A stretch of DNA of 64,000 nt. Origin: Dehalococcoidia bacterium. Lineage in GTDB: Bacteria; Chloroflexota; Dehalococcoidia; Bin125. The translations under genes were made by a program, and so were the position numbers. Every line of letters starts with the position of its first letter. Position 1 is the first letter of the stretch. The notes under the pieces were generated by a model that did no database searches, was not told the DNA's origin, and worked only from the letters and a program-made list of their open reading frames with translations. Below, in pieces: positions 47,606 through 58,295 of this stretch. Location of the stretch: contig CBDCPP010000001.1 of assembly GCA_965220315.1 (NCBI GenBank), forward strand, positions 972,806-1,036,805, given 5' to 3'.

Positions 47606-48661
47606 ATGAGGCTGCTCCGTATCGGTCGCAAGACTCCGCCCGAACTGGGAGTACAGCAGGCTGAAGCGGCCGAACTGGCTCGCCGTATGGAGCGTGTGAC
47701 CGCTCCCAGTCGCCGCTCCGTCATCGGACGGATCGGATCGGTGCTGCACCGCCGCCCGATCAATGAGGAGCTTTGGGACGAACTCGAAGAGCTCTTGATC
47801 GAGGCCGACCTCGGCGTGCCGACCGCCGCCTTCCTGATCGAGAGCCTGCGCGCCGCCGCCGTTCTCGATGCTACCGGCCTGCGCGCGTGCCTGCGCGATG
47901 ATCTGATCGCGCTACTGCAGGCCCCCGACTACTGCGACTCTCCCGATGGCCCCGCCGGCGCTCTCTGGGACCCTGCGGTTGTGAGCCGAGATCGACCCGA
48001 ACCTCCCTTTCCCCATGTGGTACTCGTGGTTGGCGTTAATGGTGCTGGCAAGACCACCACTATTGCGAAACTGGCTCACGCATACGGAGCCGAGGGCCGC
48101 GATGTCCTCATCGCCGCCGCGGACACATTCCGCGCCGCTGCGGTGGAGCAGTTGCGGCACTGGGGCGATCGCGTTGGAGCCGATGTGATCGCGCATGCTC
48201 CCGGCGCCGATCCCGGCGCCGTCACCTATGATGCGCTCGACGCGGCCGTTGCCCGCGGCGTAGCTCTCGTCCTGATCGACACCGCCGGCCGCCTCCAGAC
48301 CAAGAGAAACCTCATGGCCGAGCTGGCCAAGGTGCGTCGCGTGATCGCCGGGCGAGTAGAGGGTGCGCCCCACGAAGTGTTGCTCGTGCTGGACGCTAAC
48401 ACCGGCCGTAACGGCCTCAGTCAGGCCCGTCTCTTCCGTGAAGCTGTGGGAGTGACCGCCGTCTGCCTCGCCAAGCTGGACGGCTCCAGTAAGGGCGGCA
48501 CCGTTTTCGCCGTGACGCGGGAACTGGGGCTGCCGGTGCGCTTCGTTGGTACCGGTGAAGGCCTTGATGATATCGCCCCGTTCGCTCCCGCAGCCTTCGT
48601 CGACGCGCTCCTTGTTCCCGCCTCTGCCGGCATCGAGGACAGAGAGTCGGCCGATGCATAA
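47606..48661 (+). CDS. ftsY: signal recognition particle receptor FtsY
   Basis: NG domain [30 protein letters not shown]... Confidence 0.93.
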   Translation: MRLLRIGRKTPPELGVQQAEAAELARRMERVTAPSRRSVIGRIGSVLHRRPINEELWDELEELLIEADLGVPTAAFLIESLRAAAVLDATGLRACLRDDLIALLQAPDYCDSPDGPAGALWDPAVVSRDRPEPPFPHVVLVVGVNGAGKTTTIAKLAHAYGAEGRDVLIAAADTFRAAAVEQLRHWGDRVGADVIAHAPGADPGAVTYDALDAAVARGVALVLIDTAGRLQTKRNLMAELAKVRRVIAGRVEGAPHEVLLVLDANTGRNGLSQARLFREAVGVTAVCLAKLDGSSKGGTVFAVTRELGLPVRFVGTGEGLDDIAPFAPAAFVDALLVPASAGIEDRESADA

Positions 48662-48761
48662 TGGACCGCTACCATTCTCGAGGCGGCGGCGGACGCCAGG
48701 TACACTTGGCTCAAGCGCCGTCGCGAAGTCGTCAAGAGCTCGATCGTAAGGAGCATGTCCC

Positions 48762-49295
48762 ATCGAGCGCATCGCCGGTCTGATCCAAGCGCTCCCGCGC
48801 GAACATAGTCAGCTGCTGCCCGCACTGCATCTCGTGCAAGAAGAACTCGGCTGGATCCCACGCGAGGCGATCTCGATCGTCGCCAAGCACCTACGCCTTA
48901 GCGAGGCCCAAGTTTATGGGCCCGTCACCTTCTATTCTGAATTTCGTGAGATCCCACCCCCTCGCACTCTCGTCGTCTGGTGCAGCGGGGCCAGCTGCCG
49001 CATCGTAGGCGGCGGGTCCATCAAGGCCGTGCTCGAAGCCGAGTTCGGCTGTCGCCTCGGTGAGAACGGTCCTGACGATGCGTATGGGCTCTGGCTGGGG
49101 CAGTGCAACGGCACCTGCGAACGAGCGCCCCAAGTCTGGGTCAACGGCCGCGTGATCGGCCCGCTCACCGTCGCTAAGGCCGTACGGTTGGCGCGCCGCG
49201 TCAAATCCGGTGAGCAAGTTGTGCCGCCCCCTGCCGCTTCCGATGTCGATGTGCCGATCGTGCCCTGGCGCGGTGCCGCGGAGCAGCAAGCATGA
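48762..49295 (+). CDS. nuoE: NuoE-like [2Fe-2S] thioredoxin-fold subunit (24-kDa subunit family). Start is non-canonical (ATC 48762) or the gene carries a 1-nt frameshift
   Basis: Conserved [16 protein letters not shown]...[14 protein letters not shown]...[11 protein letters not shown] (four Cys ligands). The conserved N-terminal helix lies upstream of the first in-frame NTG (48834). AAGGAG SD at 48748-53. ATG 48755 is out of frame by one C of a CCC run. Confidence 0.8.
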   Translation: MERIAGLIQALPREHSQLLPALHLVQEELGWIPREAISIVAKHLRLSEAQVYGPVTFYSEFREIPPPRTLVVWCSGASCRIVGGGSIKAVLEAEFGCRLGENGPDDAYGLWLGQCNGTCERAPQVWVNGRVIGPLTVAKAVRLARRVKSGEQVVPPPAASDVDVPIVPWRGAAEQQA

Positions 49296-51277
49296 GTGAG
49301 CGCTACGCCGCTCTGCGCGCCGCCGCCCGCGCTAGCTGGGACGAGCGTCACGGGATCGATGCCGAGCGAACGGTGCTGCGCGTCGATCTCAGTACCTCTT
49401 CAATTGCGGCCGGCGCTGACTACACTCTCGCCGCGTTGCGCGATGCCGTCGCTGCTCGCCGCTTGGACTGCGCGATCGTCGTGACCGGCACCACTGGCGC
49501 CGCTTTTGCCCTCCCCACAGTCGAAGTTCAGCACCCAGGCATGGCCCCAGTGCTCTACGGCCCCGTACCGGCCGATTCGGTGGGCGAATTCATAGCCGCT
49601 GTAGTCTGGGAGGGCGACCCCCGTGCCCGCTGGGCTTTGGGCTGGCGCGCTCAGCCCGTCCTCTTCTCCCCCGATGCCCCGACCGGTGCGCATGCCAGCG
49701 TTGCCGTTCGTCCCGAAGACGAGAGCGAGGGGGTGCCGGCGCTCACAGAGCATCCTTTCTGGCGGCATCAACAGCGGCGAGTGATGCAGTGGATGGGCGT
49801 GATCGACCCCGAATCGATCGACGATGCGCTTGCGGTCGGCGCCTACGTCGGGCTGGATCAAGCCCTGAGCATGGAACCGCTTGCGATCTGCGACCTTGTC
49901 GAAGAGGCCGGCGTCGGTGGCCGCGGCGGCGGAGGGTTTCCCGCTGGTCGCAAGTGGAAGTTCCTGCAAGGCGCCTCCGGTCCCGCCAAGTACATGGTCT
50001 GCAACGCCGATGAGGGCGACCCTGGCGCCTTCGTCAACCGCGTGCAGATGGAATCGGACCCCCACGCGCTGATTGAGGGCATGATTATCGCCGGCCGCGC
50101 CACCGGTGCCGCCTACGGCTATATCTATATCCGCGATGAGTATCCACTAAGCATCGCCCGCGTGCAGCGCGCCATCGACTGCGCGCGCGCGCGCGGTCTC
50201 CTGGGCGGTGACATCCTGGGGAGCGGTTTCGCCTTCGACCTTGAGATCACCCGCGGTGCCGGTTCCTACGTCTGTGGTGAAGAGACCGGCCTGATCGCTT
50301 CGATCGAAGGGCTACGCGGCATGCCCAAGATCCGCCCGCCCTTCCCCGCCCAGCGCGGTGTTTTCGCCCAGCCCAGCAACGTGAACAACGTCGAGACCTA
50401 CGCGAACGTGCCACTGGTGCTGCGCCACGGCACTGCCTGGTACCGTGAGGCTGGCGTCCAAGCAGATGCTGGTACCAAGATGTTCAGCATCAGCGGGCAT
50501 CTACAGCGCCCTGGCGTGCTGGAGGTGCCCTTCGGGCTGCCGCTCTCCGCGCTGCTCATGGAAGCCGGTGGGGGCACGCCGGACGGCCGCCCTGTTAAGG
50601 GCGTCCAGCCCGGCGGTCCTCTGGGTGGGATTCTGGGAGCTGGCGATCTTGATCTGCCGTTGGAGCGGGCTCCCTTCACCGAGCGCTCGTTGCTGTTGGG
50701 ATCCGGCGGCCTCATTCTTTTCGACGACAGTACCTGCGTGCTGGACCTGGCCCTTTACTTCAGCGAGTTTTGTGAGGACGAGTCCTGCGGTCGCTGCACG
50801 ACCTGTTTTGGCGGTGGGCAGCGCCTGGTGGAGGTGCTGGCCCGCATCGCTGCCGGCGGTGGCCGTGAAGACGACCTCGATCGGATCGGTGCAATCGATC
50901 GCACGATGCAGAACGCTAATTGCTTGCACGGGCAATTCACTCCTTACGCTGTCCGCAGCGTGCTGCGCTTCTTCCGCGACGAATTGGATGCGCACGTGCG
51001 CGAGCGCCGCTGCCCGGCCCGCCGCTGTCGCGGCCTGATCCGCCACCGCATCAGCATGCCAGACCATCCTGCGCTGTCCGAGGCGGCGGATCTCTGCCCT
51101 ACTGATGCGATCGTCGATGGCCTTTCTACCGGTGATGGGTGGGCGATCGACGATGCGCTTTGCATTCAATGCGGTCTCTGCCGTGAGCTGGCGCCCGAGG
51201 CAGTGGTCGTCGTGGATCGTTTCGCATCAGCGACTCCCGCCCGCGCGGCCGAGGAGCCGGTTTCGTCGCTTGCTTAG
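49292..51277 (+). CDS. nuoF: NuoF-like NAD(P)H-binding FMN/[4Fe-4S] flavoprotein (51-kDa subunit family) with N-terminal extension and C-terminal 2x[4Fe-4S] ferredoxin domain
   Basis: GGRGGGGFPAGRKWKF, CNADEGDPGAF, ESCGRCTTC, C-terminal CIQCGLCRELAPE. No nuoA-D/G-N nearby, so probably a soluble diaphorase module. Confidence 0.9.
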   Translation: MSERYAALRAAARASWDERHGIDAERTVLRVDLSTSSIAAGADYTLAALRDAVAARRLDCAIVVTGTTGAAFALPTVEVQHPGMAPVLYGPVPADSVGEFIAAVVWEGDPRARWALGWRAQPVLFSPDAPTGAHASVAVRPEDESEGVPALTEHPFWRHQQRRVMQWMGVIDPESIDDALAVGAYVGLDQALSMEPLAICDLVEEAGVGGRGGGGFPAGRKWKFLQGASGPAKYMVCNADEGDPGAFVNRVQMESDPHALIEGMIIAGRATGAAYGYIYIRDEYPLSIARVQRAIDCARARGLLGGDILGSGFAFDLEITRGAGSYVCGEETGLIASIEGLRGMPKIRPPFPAQRGVFAQPSNVNNVETYANVPLVLRHGTAWYREAGVQADAGTKMFSISGHLQRPGVLEVPFGLPLSALLMEAGGGTPDGRPVKGVQPGGPLGGILGAGDLDLPLERAPFTERSLLLGSGGLILFDDSTCVLDLALYFSEFCEDESCGRCTTCFGGGQRLVEVLARIAAGGGREDDLDRIGAIDRTMQNANCLHGQFTPYAVRSVLRFFRDELDAHVRERRCPARRCRGLIRHRISMPDHPALSEAADLCPTDAIVDGLSTGDGWAIDDALCIQCGLCRELAPEAVVVVDRFASATPARAAEEPVSSLA

Positions 51278-51519
51278 GCTTTTGACTGCTGGCAGGCACC
51301 GCCGATCTGCGACAGCTTGGCGGGGCCGATGAGGTCAATAGCAAGCTTTTATGTGAGCGCATGATCGATTTCAGGTGAGCCTTGATAGGCTGGATCGACG
51401 TGGTCGTACGCCTGCTCAGTGGAGGTGGGCGAGTGCGTTGTCAGTCGGGGTCGGTGCGGAGTACACGTTTCCGTGCATACGCGATACCGTGTAGAGTGAT
51501 CGCGTAACTGAACGTGTGA

Positions 51520-54513
51520 GTGGGAGACGTTCTGAGTACCCCGGTCCGTCGCCAGTATTTGGAGATCAAGGCGCGCCACCCGGACGCGATCCTTTTCTTT
51601 CGGCTGGGTGACTTCTACGAAACCTTTGACGAAGACGCCAAATTAGTCAGCCGCGAATTGGGCGTGACGCTCACGAGCAAGCCGCTGGGTAAAGGGCTGC
51701 GTGTCCCGCTAGCCGGCGTGCCCGTGGCTAGTGTCGAGGGCCACCTGGCGCGACTGGTTGCCAAGGGGCACCGCGTCGCCATTTGCGAGCAGCTGAATGC
51801 AGCCGGAGAGATTCAGGACAAGGTGCCGGGGAAAGACTACGCCGCGAAGCGTTTGGTACGACGTGGAGTCGTGCGGATCGTCTCGCCTGGCACCGCCCTT
51901 GAACCGGCGCTGCTGGCAGGTGGTCGCAGCAATTACTGTGCTGCCCTCGTAGCGCTGCCGGACTCGCGCAACAGACAGGAAGCCGGGACTCGTCAAGGGC
52001 TGTCCGTAGGGTACTGGGGACTCGCGGCGGCTGACCTCAGTACCGGCGAGTTTCACTGCTGCGAGTTCAGAGGACCAGATGCGGCTGCGCGCTGCGCTGC
52101 CGAATTGGAATTGCTGGCGCCTACAGAGCTACTGCAGCCGCAGCCGATGCACTCTGTCGCGGCAACGGCGCGATCGAAGCCGCCGCAAGTAAACGATGCG
52201 GCTGTGCCGCTGCCGCTCGCGCGGGTTCTGGCAGAGCTGGGACCGGTGCATACGCCTCGCCCGCCGGCGCAGTTTCAGCCAGATGCGGCTGCGGTTGGCC
52301 TGCTCGCGCACTACCGCTTGGCTGCGATCGATGGACTAGGGTTGGGCGAACGTCCCGCCGCACTCGCCGCCGCCGGGGCCCTGCTTGCTTACTTGCAGGA
52401 GAGTCAAGCGGGAGAGCTGGCTCAGTTAGAACGGCCGCGGTTACACGAGCCCGGGGCCTATATGCGTCTTGACGGCCCCACACTACGCGCGCTTTCTCTC
52501 TTTGAGGATTGGTCGGGCGGTGCTTCAACGCAAAGCGGGAGCGGCTCGCCCACTACTCTGCTGGGGGTGCTGGATCGTACTCGCACCGCCGCCGGGCGCC
52601 GACTCTTGCGCGATCGGTTGGCGCGGCCGCTTCTGGAACTTGGGTTGATTGAGGCGCGGCTAGACCGGGTGCAGTTGTTCCGCGAGCGGCCGCTGTTGCG
52701 GGTGGCTGTACGGGAGGAGTTGGGTGCTGTTCCAGACTTAGAGCGACTACTGTCTCGGACGGTCGCTGGGCTGGCTCCGCCGCCGGAGGTGGTCCGGCTG
52801 GGGGCGGGGCTCGCATCCGCCGCCCGGCTCGGCCAGATCGTTGCCAAAGCGCTTCGGGAGGTCGGAGGCGGAGCAGACAGACCTGCGGGCGAGGGCGCGG
52901 GAACGACCATGGCCGATCCATTGCCCATCGCGCGAGTCGGGGAGTTGCGGGAGGTGTTCGCGGACGAGTTATGCCCAGCTGCTGCTGCCCAGGAGGCGAT
53001 CACGGCCCGGTTTGAGGAACGTCAGGGATCCTGCGTGGAAGAGGGAGGCGTGCTGCGTCCTGGAGCCGACAGCGCTTGCGACACCTTCCGCACAAAACTG
53101 CGCGCCGCACGGGCGGCCATCGCCGAGCTCGAGACAGAAGAGCGCCGGCGCAGCGGTATCGCCAACCTCAAGATCGGTTATCACCGCACCTTTGGCTACT
53201 ACTTCGAGGTCAGCAAAAGCGGGCTAGCGCTTGTCCCCTCTGACTACGAGCGGCGCCAGACCTTGGCCGGAGGCGAGCGCTTCGTCACACCAAAGCTGCG
53301 CGCACTTGAGGCAGAGGCGCTTGAAGCTCGCGAGGCCTTGGTGGCCCGAGAGCGCGAGCTGCTTGCGCAGCTGCGGCGCGAACTGGGTGAGCAGGCCGCA
53401 GCCGTGCGCGCGCTGGCGCGTGGCGTAGCGCGCCTCGATGTCGATTGTGCACTGGCCGCGGTGACGGCGGAGCGCGACTATACCCGACCGTGCTTGGACC
53501 GCTCAGGCGTGCTGGCTATCCGTGCAGGCCGGCACCCGATCGTGGAAGCCGCCGCCAGCTCTTTCGGATCCTCCGGCCTTTTCGTTCCCAACGACATTGA
53601 GCTGCAGGCCGGTTCCGCTCCGGGGCCGCCGCAGTTATTGGTCCTGACCGGTCCCAACATGGGGGGTAAGAGCACGTACCTGCGTCAGTCGGCGCTGATC
53701 GTGCTAATGGCGCAGTGCGGTAGCTTCGTACCGGCCGCCGCCGCTCGGATTGGGCTGGTGGACCGCGTTTTTGCGCGTGTAGGTGCGCACGATCGCCTCG
53801 CTGCTGGACAGAGCACTTTTATGGTGGAGATGCTGGAGAGCGCCGCCATCCTGGCTTCAGCCAGTGAACGCTCCTTGCTGGTGTTGGATGAGATCGGCCG
53901 CGGCACGAGCACTTACGACGGACTTGCGGTAGCACAGGCGCTACTCGAGCATTTAGTCGAGTTTCGGCGCGATGGGAGCGGAGGTGGGCCCCGCACGCTC
54001 TTCGCTACACACTTCCACGAACTCACCGCGCTCGCGGGCGATTATCCTCGTGTTGCGAACGCGCACGTTGCGGTCGACGAAGGAAAGGCTTCTTTCGAGC
54101 CTGAGCGCTCAAGCGCCACCTCTTCCGAAACGCCGTCGGCGGCGGATCTGCGCTTTCTCTACAAAGTGCAGCCAGGCGCGGCCGATCGCTCCTACGGGCT
54201 ACAAGTCGCGGCGATGGCCGGACTGCCGGTTCCGCTGCTAGCGCGCGCGGGCCAGCTGCTGCGGACGCTGGAGGCTGACGCGCGCGAGCCTGCGTCGCTC
54301 CCTGCTTTCCTGCGGGCTGAGCCCCCTGTGGGCCCGATGGCCGGCGCTGCGGCCGATCTTGCTGAGCATCTGGCCGAACTTGATATCGATGCGATCACAC
54401 CGCTTGAGGCGATCGCCGCACTCTACGCCCTGCGCGATCAGGCCCGCCGCGCGCTCGGTGATGCGTCTGCTGAGCAAGTCGCATTGCCCTTTGGGCCAAG
54501 GACGGGCACGTGA
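51520..54513 (+). CDS. mutS: DNA mismatch repair protein MutS
   Basis: Mismatch-binding N-domain (F.RLGDFYETFDEDA), Walker A GPNMGGKST, HTH at C-terminus. 997 aa. Confidence 0.95.
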   Translation: MGDVLSTPVRRQYLEIKARHPDAILFFRLGDFYETFDEDAKLVSRELGVTLTSKPLGKGLRVPLAGVPVASVEGHLARLVAKGHRVAICEQLNAAGEIQDKVPGKDYAAKRLVRRGVVRIVSPGTALEPALLAGGRSNYCAALVALPDSRNRQEAGTRQGLSVGYWGLAAADLSTGEFHCCEFRGPDAAARCAAELELLAPTELLQPQPMHSVAATARSKPPQVNDAAVPLPLARVLAELGPVHTPRPPAQFQPDAAAVGLLAHYRLAAIDGLGLGERPAALAAAGALLAYLQESQAGELAQLERPRLHEPGAYMRLDGPTLRALSLFEDWSGGASTQSGSGSPTTLLGVLDRTRTAAGRRLLRDRLARPLLELGLIEARLDRVQLFRERPLLRVAVREELGAVPDLERLLSRTVAGLAPPPEVVRLGAGLASAARLGQIVAKALREVGGGADRPAGEGAGTTMADPLPIARVGELREVFADELCPAAAAQEAITARFEERQGSCVEEGGVLRPGADSACDTFRTKLRAARAAIAELETEERRRSGIANLKIGYHRTFGYYFEVSKSGLALVPSDYERRQTLAGGERFVTPKLRALEAEALEAREALVARERELLAQLRRELGEQAAAVRALARGVARLDVDCALAAVTAERDYTRPCLDRSGVLAIRAGRHPIVEAAASSFGSSGLFVPNDIELQAGSAPGPPQLLVLTGPNMGGKSTYLRQSALIVLMAQCGSFVPAAAARIGLVDRVFARVGAHDRLAAGQSTFMVEMLESAAILASASERSLLVLDEIGRGTSTYDGLAVAQALLEHLVEFRRDGSGGGPRTLFATHFHELTALAGDYPRVANAHVAVDEGKASFEPERSSATSSETPSAADLRFLYKVQPGAADRSYGLQVAAMAGLPVPLLARAGQLLRTLEADAREPASLPAFLRAEPPVGPMAGAAADLAEHLAELDIDAITPLEAIAALYALRDQARRALGDASAEQVALPFGPRTGT

Positions 54514-56405
54514 GTAAGCACGCGCCCGTCGAGTTGTCCGAAGCGGAGTTGGCTGCTGCCATCCGGCGATTGCCGGAGTCTGTGGCCGCGCAGATCGCAG
54601 CGGGCGAGGTGATTGAGCGCCCGGCATCGGTCGTCAAGGAACTGCTAGAGAATGCGGCCGATGCGGGGGCTACGCGGATCGAGGTCGCGATCGAGGGGGC
54701 GGGATTGGAGCGGATCCGCGTCAGTGACAATGGCCGCGGGATGCGCGCCGACGAGCTGCCCCTCGCTTTCGAGCGACATGCCACTTCTAAGCTGTATGAG
54801 GCCGATGATCTCTGGGCGCTGCGCAGCTACGGTTTCCGCGGAGAAGCGCTGCCCAGCATCGTTGCGGTGGCGGCAGTCGACTGCATTAGTCGGCCTCGCG
54901 ACCCCCATCCAGGACAGAGCGACTTAGGCGCTGGCGTCCGGCTCTGCTTTCGTAACGGCAGTGTCCAGGTACTCGAAACCACGGCTGCGCCTCCTGGGAC
55001 GACGCTGGAAGTGCATCAGCTGTTCGCGCGCCAACCCGCCCGCCGCAAGTTTCTGAGCGGCGAGCGGGCGGAGCGATCTGCGATCGCGCGCGTCTGCGGC
55101 GACCAAGCCTTGGCCCTCCCGAACGTGGCTTTGCAGCTAACGATCGAGGGACGCCGGGCTCTGCACAGCGGCGGCGAGGGCCAGCGGCGGGCCGTGCTCG
55201 CCGAGCTTTGGGGTGCGCCCGCGGCGGAGGCGGCCCTCTTCTTTGCTGGAGCCCAGCCACGGGCAGGAATTCGGGTGGAAGGGTTGGCAGCGCCGCCTCA
55301 GTATCACCGAGCCCACCGCGGCGAGATGCGGCTCTTCGTCAACGGGCGCGCGGTGCAATCGCGCCGCATGAGCTACGCCCTGCAGGAGGCCTATCGCGAG
55401 CTGCTGCCCGCGCGCCGCTTCCCGCTCGTCGCATTGTTCCTTGAGGTCGATCCTGCGCGTGTGGATGTCAACGTTCATCCGACCAAAGCACAGGTCAAGC
55501 TGTCCGACGAGGACGCTGCCTTCGTGCTGATCCAGCGCAGTCTGCGTGAGGCACTGTTGACGGGGCGGCTAACTTTGGAGGGCCGGACTTCCGCGCCGGA
55601 GGCGCCGACTGCTGCCACGATGTCGGCTGCGCCGAGTTCGGTTCGATCCACAGCTCGGCTGCTGTCTGCCTGGGACCGCGTTGGCCCGCCGACACTGGAG
55701 CGCCCCGGACCCGGGTCGGTGCTCGCCTCCGCAGAGGTAGTCGCTTCAGGGAGGCAGCCCGAGTTACCGGGTACCGCCTCGCCGCCCCTGCGCGTTCTTG
55801 GTCAGATTGACGCTGCCTTCCTCGTGGCAGAGGGACCCGACGGGCTTTATTTAGTTGACCAGCATGCGGCGCACGAGCGCGTGCTCTACGAACAGTTACT
55901 GGACGCCGAAACCGCCCCCCGCTCTACTTCGCAGCAGGCGCTGTTGGACCTGGATCCGATCGAGTTGAGCGCCGCACAGGCTGGAGCTTTGACCGACTTC
56001 GCTCCCGCGTTGCGGTCTCTGGGTTGGGAGGTCGAGCCTTTTGGAGAGCGGGCGCTGCGCCTGCGTGCCCTCCCGGCGGCGCTGGCGCGCGGATTGGGGG
56101 GAGAGCGTTCCGACCAGAGGCTCTCGCGCGATCCTGCAGGGTGTATCACCGCGCTGCTGGATGAACTGGCGCAAACCTCACCCGCTTCGCTCACCGCCGA
56201 TGATCCGCAGCGCTTCGACCCTGTCGCCGCAGCCAGCGCCTGTCATAGTGCTGTCCGCGTCGGCGACCCTTTAACACCGGAGGAACAACGTGCATTGTTG
56301 CGTGCGCTTGAGGCTTGCGCGCGCTCCCAGACTTGTCCGCACGGGCGTCCCACGCTGCTGCGGCTTCCGCGCGAAGAGATCCTGCGTCGATTCTTGCGGC
56401 GCTAG
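54510..56405 (+). CDS. mutL: DNA mismatch repair protein MutL
   Basis: GHKL ATPase motifs (VVKELLENAADAGA, DNGRGM), C-terminal dimerisation/endonuclease domain. Start overlaps the mutS stop. Confidence 0.95.
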   Translation: MSKHAPVELSEAELAAAIRRLPESVAAQIAAGEVIERPASVVKELLENAADAGATRIEVAIEGAGLERIRVSDNGRGMRADELPLAFERHATSKLYEADDLWALRSYGFRGEALPSIVAVAAVDCISRPRDPHPGQSDLGAGVRLCFRNGSVQVLETTAAPPGTTLEVHQLFARQPARRKFLSGERAERSAIARVCGDQALALPNVALQLTIEGRRALHSGGEGQRRAVLAELWGAPAAEAALFFAGAQPRAGIRVEGLAAPPQYHRAHRGEMRLFVNGRAVQSRRMSYALQEAYRELLPARRFPLVALFLEVDPARVDVNVHPTKAQVKLSDEDAAFVLIQRSLREALLTGRLTLEGRTSAPEAPTAATMSAAPSSVRSTARLLSAWDRVGPPTLERPGPGSVLASAEVVASGRQPELPGTASPPLRVLGQIDAAFLVAEGPDGLYLVDQHAAHERVLYEQLLDAETAPRSTSQQALLDLDPIELSAAQAGALTDFAPALRSLGWEVEPFGERALRLRALPAALARGLGGERSDQRLSRDPAGCITALLDELAQTSPASLTADDPQRFDPVAAASACHSAVRVGDPLTPEEQRALLRALEACARSQTCPHGRPTLLRLPREEILRRFLRR

Positions 56406-56530
56406 CGCGAATGGACCCGGCTTCGTCTGCGTCTAGTCGCCGATCCGGCCGCTGGAAGAGACGCGTAATAGACGTTGCATTAGAAATTGCACACAGCCTG
56501 TGTCTGTTTGTATAGATCGCGACTGGTTCG

Positions 56531-58222
56531 TTGTTAGGCTTTCTGTACAGAGAATGGCCAATGGAAGTCCTAGATCGAGAATCGAGTTCGCTTGTGTTTG
56601 ATTCGAATAGCCCGAGCGCCGCGCCGCAGCAGACGAATATTGCGGGAGTCGCCCTGCTGGCACAGCCCCCATCCGAGGCTGCTCATGTCCTCAGCGACGA
56701 GGCACTCGCCTTCGTGGCGGGTCTTCAGCGACGCTTCAATGCCACCCGCCAGCTGCTTCTGGAGCGCCGTCGCGATCGTCAGGCTCACCTCGACGCCGGC
56801 CAACGCCCCGACTTCCTTCCCGAAACCGCTAGGATCCGCGAGGATCCCGACTGGCGGGTGGCGCCGACGCTGCCAGATTTGCAGAAGCGCTGGGTGGAGA
56901 TCACCGGCCCGGTCGAGCGCAAGATGATGATCAACGCGCTCAACTCCGGCGCTGATGTCTTCATGGCCGATTTCGAGGACGCGCTTTCCCCCAGCTGGAA
57001 CAACGTCGTTCAGGGTCAGGCGAACTTGATCGACGCCGTGCGCCGCGCGCTCGCGCTCGATATCCCCAGCGGAAAGTCCTACCGTCTTAATCCGCAGATC
57101 GCCACACTGATGGTGCGGCCCCGCGGTTGGCAGCTCGATGAGCGCCACTTACTTGTCGACGGCGCTCCCATCTCAGCTAGCCTCTTCGATTTCGGTCTCT
57201 ACTTCTTTCACAATGCTCAGGAGTCGCTCCAGCGCGGCACGGGCCCCTACGTCTACCTGCCTAAGCTGGAGAGCCACTTGGAGGCGCGACTCTGGAACGA
57301 TGTCTTTGTCCATGCCCAGGAGGCACTAGGCGTTCCCCAAGGCAGCGTACGCGCCACCGTTCTGATTGAGACCATCCTGGCTGCTTTCGAGATGGAGGAG
57401 ATCCTCTACGAGCTGCGCGACCATGCCGCCGCTCTCAACGCGGGCCGTTGGGACTACATCTTCAGTTTGATCAAGAAATTCCGGACCGATGAGGCCAGCG
57501 TACTTCCAGATCGAGCCCAGATATCCATGACCGTTCCTTTCATGCGCGCTTACACCGAACTGCTCGTCAAGACTTGCCATAGACGCGGCGCGCACGCTAT
57601 CGGCGGAATGGCCGCCTTTATCCCCAGCCGCCGTGACGCTGCTGTGAACGAGGTGGCGTTAGCGAAGGTACGCGACGATAAGCAGCGTGAATCTGGAGAC
57701 GGCTTCGACGGCACCTGGGTTGCTCACCCGGATCTTGTCCCCGTGGCCGGCGAGATCTTCGCTGCCGCTCTGCGCGAGAACGATCACCAGAAGCAACGTC
57801 TGCGCGCCGAAGTCACCGTGGACGCGGATGCACTGCTCACTCTCCGCGTTCCCGATGGCGCCGTCACTCTCGATGGCCTGCGCAGTAACATCAGCGTGGC
57901 CCTTCAATACCTCGACGCTTGGCTGCGGGGTAACGGTGCCGTCGCGATTTTCAACCTCATGGAGGACACGGCTACCGCCGAAATCAGCCGCGCCCAGCTC
58001 TGGCAGTGGTTGCGCCACCGCGTCGCCTTGACGGATGGTGAAGGCACTGACGCGAACGTCTCGGCCGAACTCTACGCTCGCATCCGCGACGAGGAGATCG
58101 AGAATCTGGGCGGGCGCGAGAGTGGCGAACTGGGCCAAGCCGCCGACCTGCTCGACGACCTCGTCATGGGTGATGACTTCATAGATTTCCTCACCCTCGA
58201 CGCCTACGGAAGGCTCCCGTGA
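56531..58222 (+). CDS. aceB: malate synthase A
   Basis: [38 protein letters not shown]. 563 aa. Start may be the downstream ATG (MEVLD...). Confidence 0.9.
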   Translation: MLGFLYREWPMEVLDRESSSLVFDSNSPSAAPQQTNIAGVALLAQPPSEAAHVLSDEALAFVAGLQRRFNATRQLLLERRRDRQAHLDAGQRPDFLPETARIREDPDWRVAPTLPDLQKRWVEITGPVERKMMINALNSGADVFMADFEDALSPSWNNVVQGQANLIDAVRRALALDIPSGKSYRLNPQIATLMVRPRGWQLDERHLLVDGAPISASLFDFGLYFFHNAQESLQRGTGPYVYLPKLESHLEARLWNDVFVHAQEALGVPQGSVRATVLIETILAAFEMEEILYELRDHAAALNAGRWDYIFSLIKKFRTDEASVLPDRAQISMTVPFMRAYTELLVKTCHRRGAHAIGGMAAFIPSRRDAAVNEVALAKVRDDKQRESGDGFDGTWVAHPDLVPVAGEIFAAALRENDHQKQRLRAEVTVDADALLTLRVPDGAVTLDGLRSNISVALQYLDAWLRGNGAVAIFNLMEDTATAEISRAQLWQWLRHRVALTDGEGTDANVSAELYARIRDEEIENLGGRESGELGQAADLLDDLVMGDDFIDFLTLDAYGRLP

Positions 58223-58295
58223 TCTTCCTCACCGCGATCGAGGCGTTACCCTCTCGTCGCTACTGAGCGCCTTCATGCGCTAGCGCGGCACGCCT

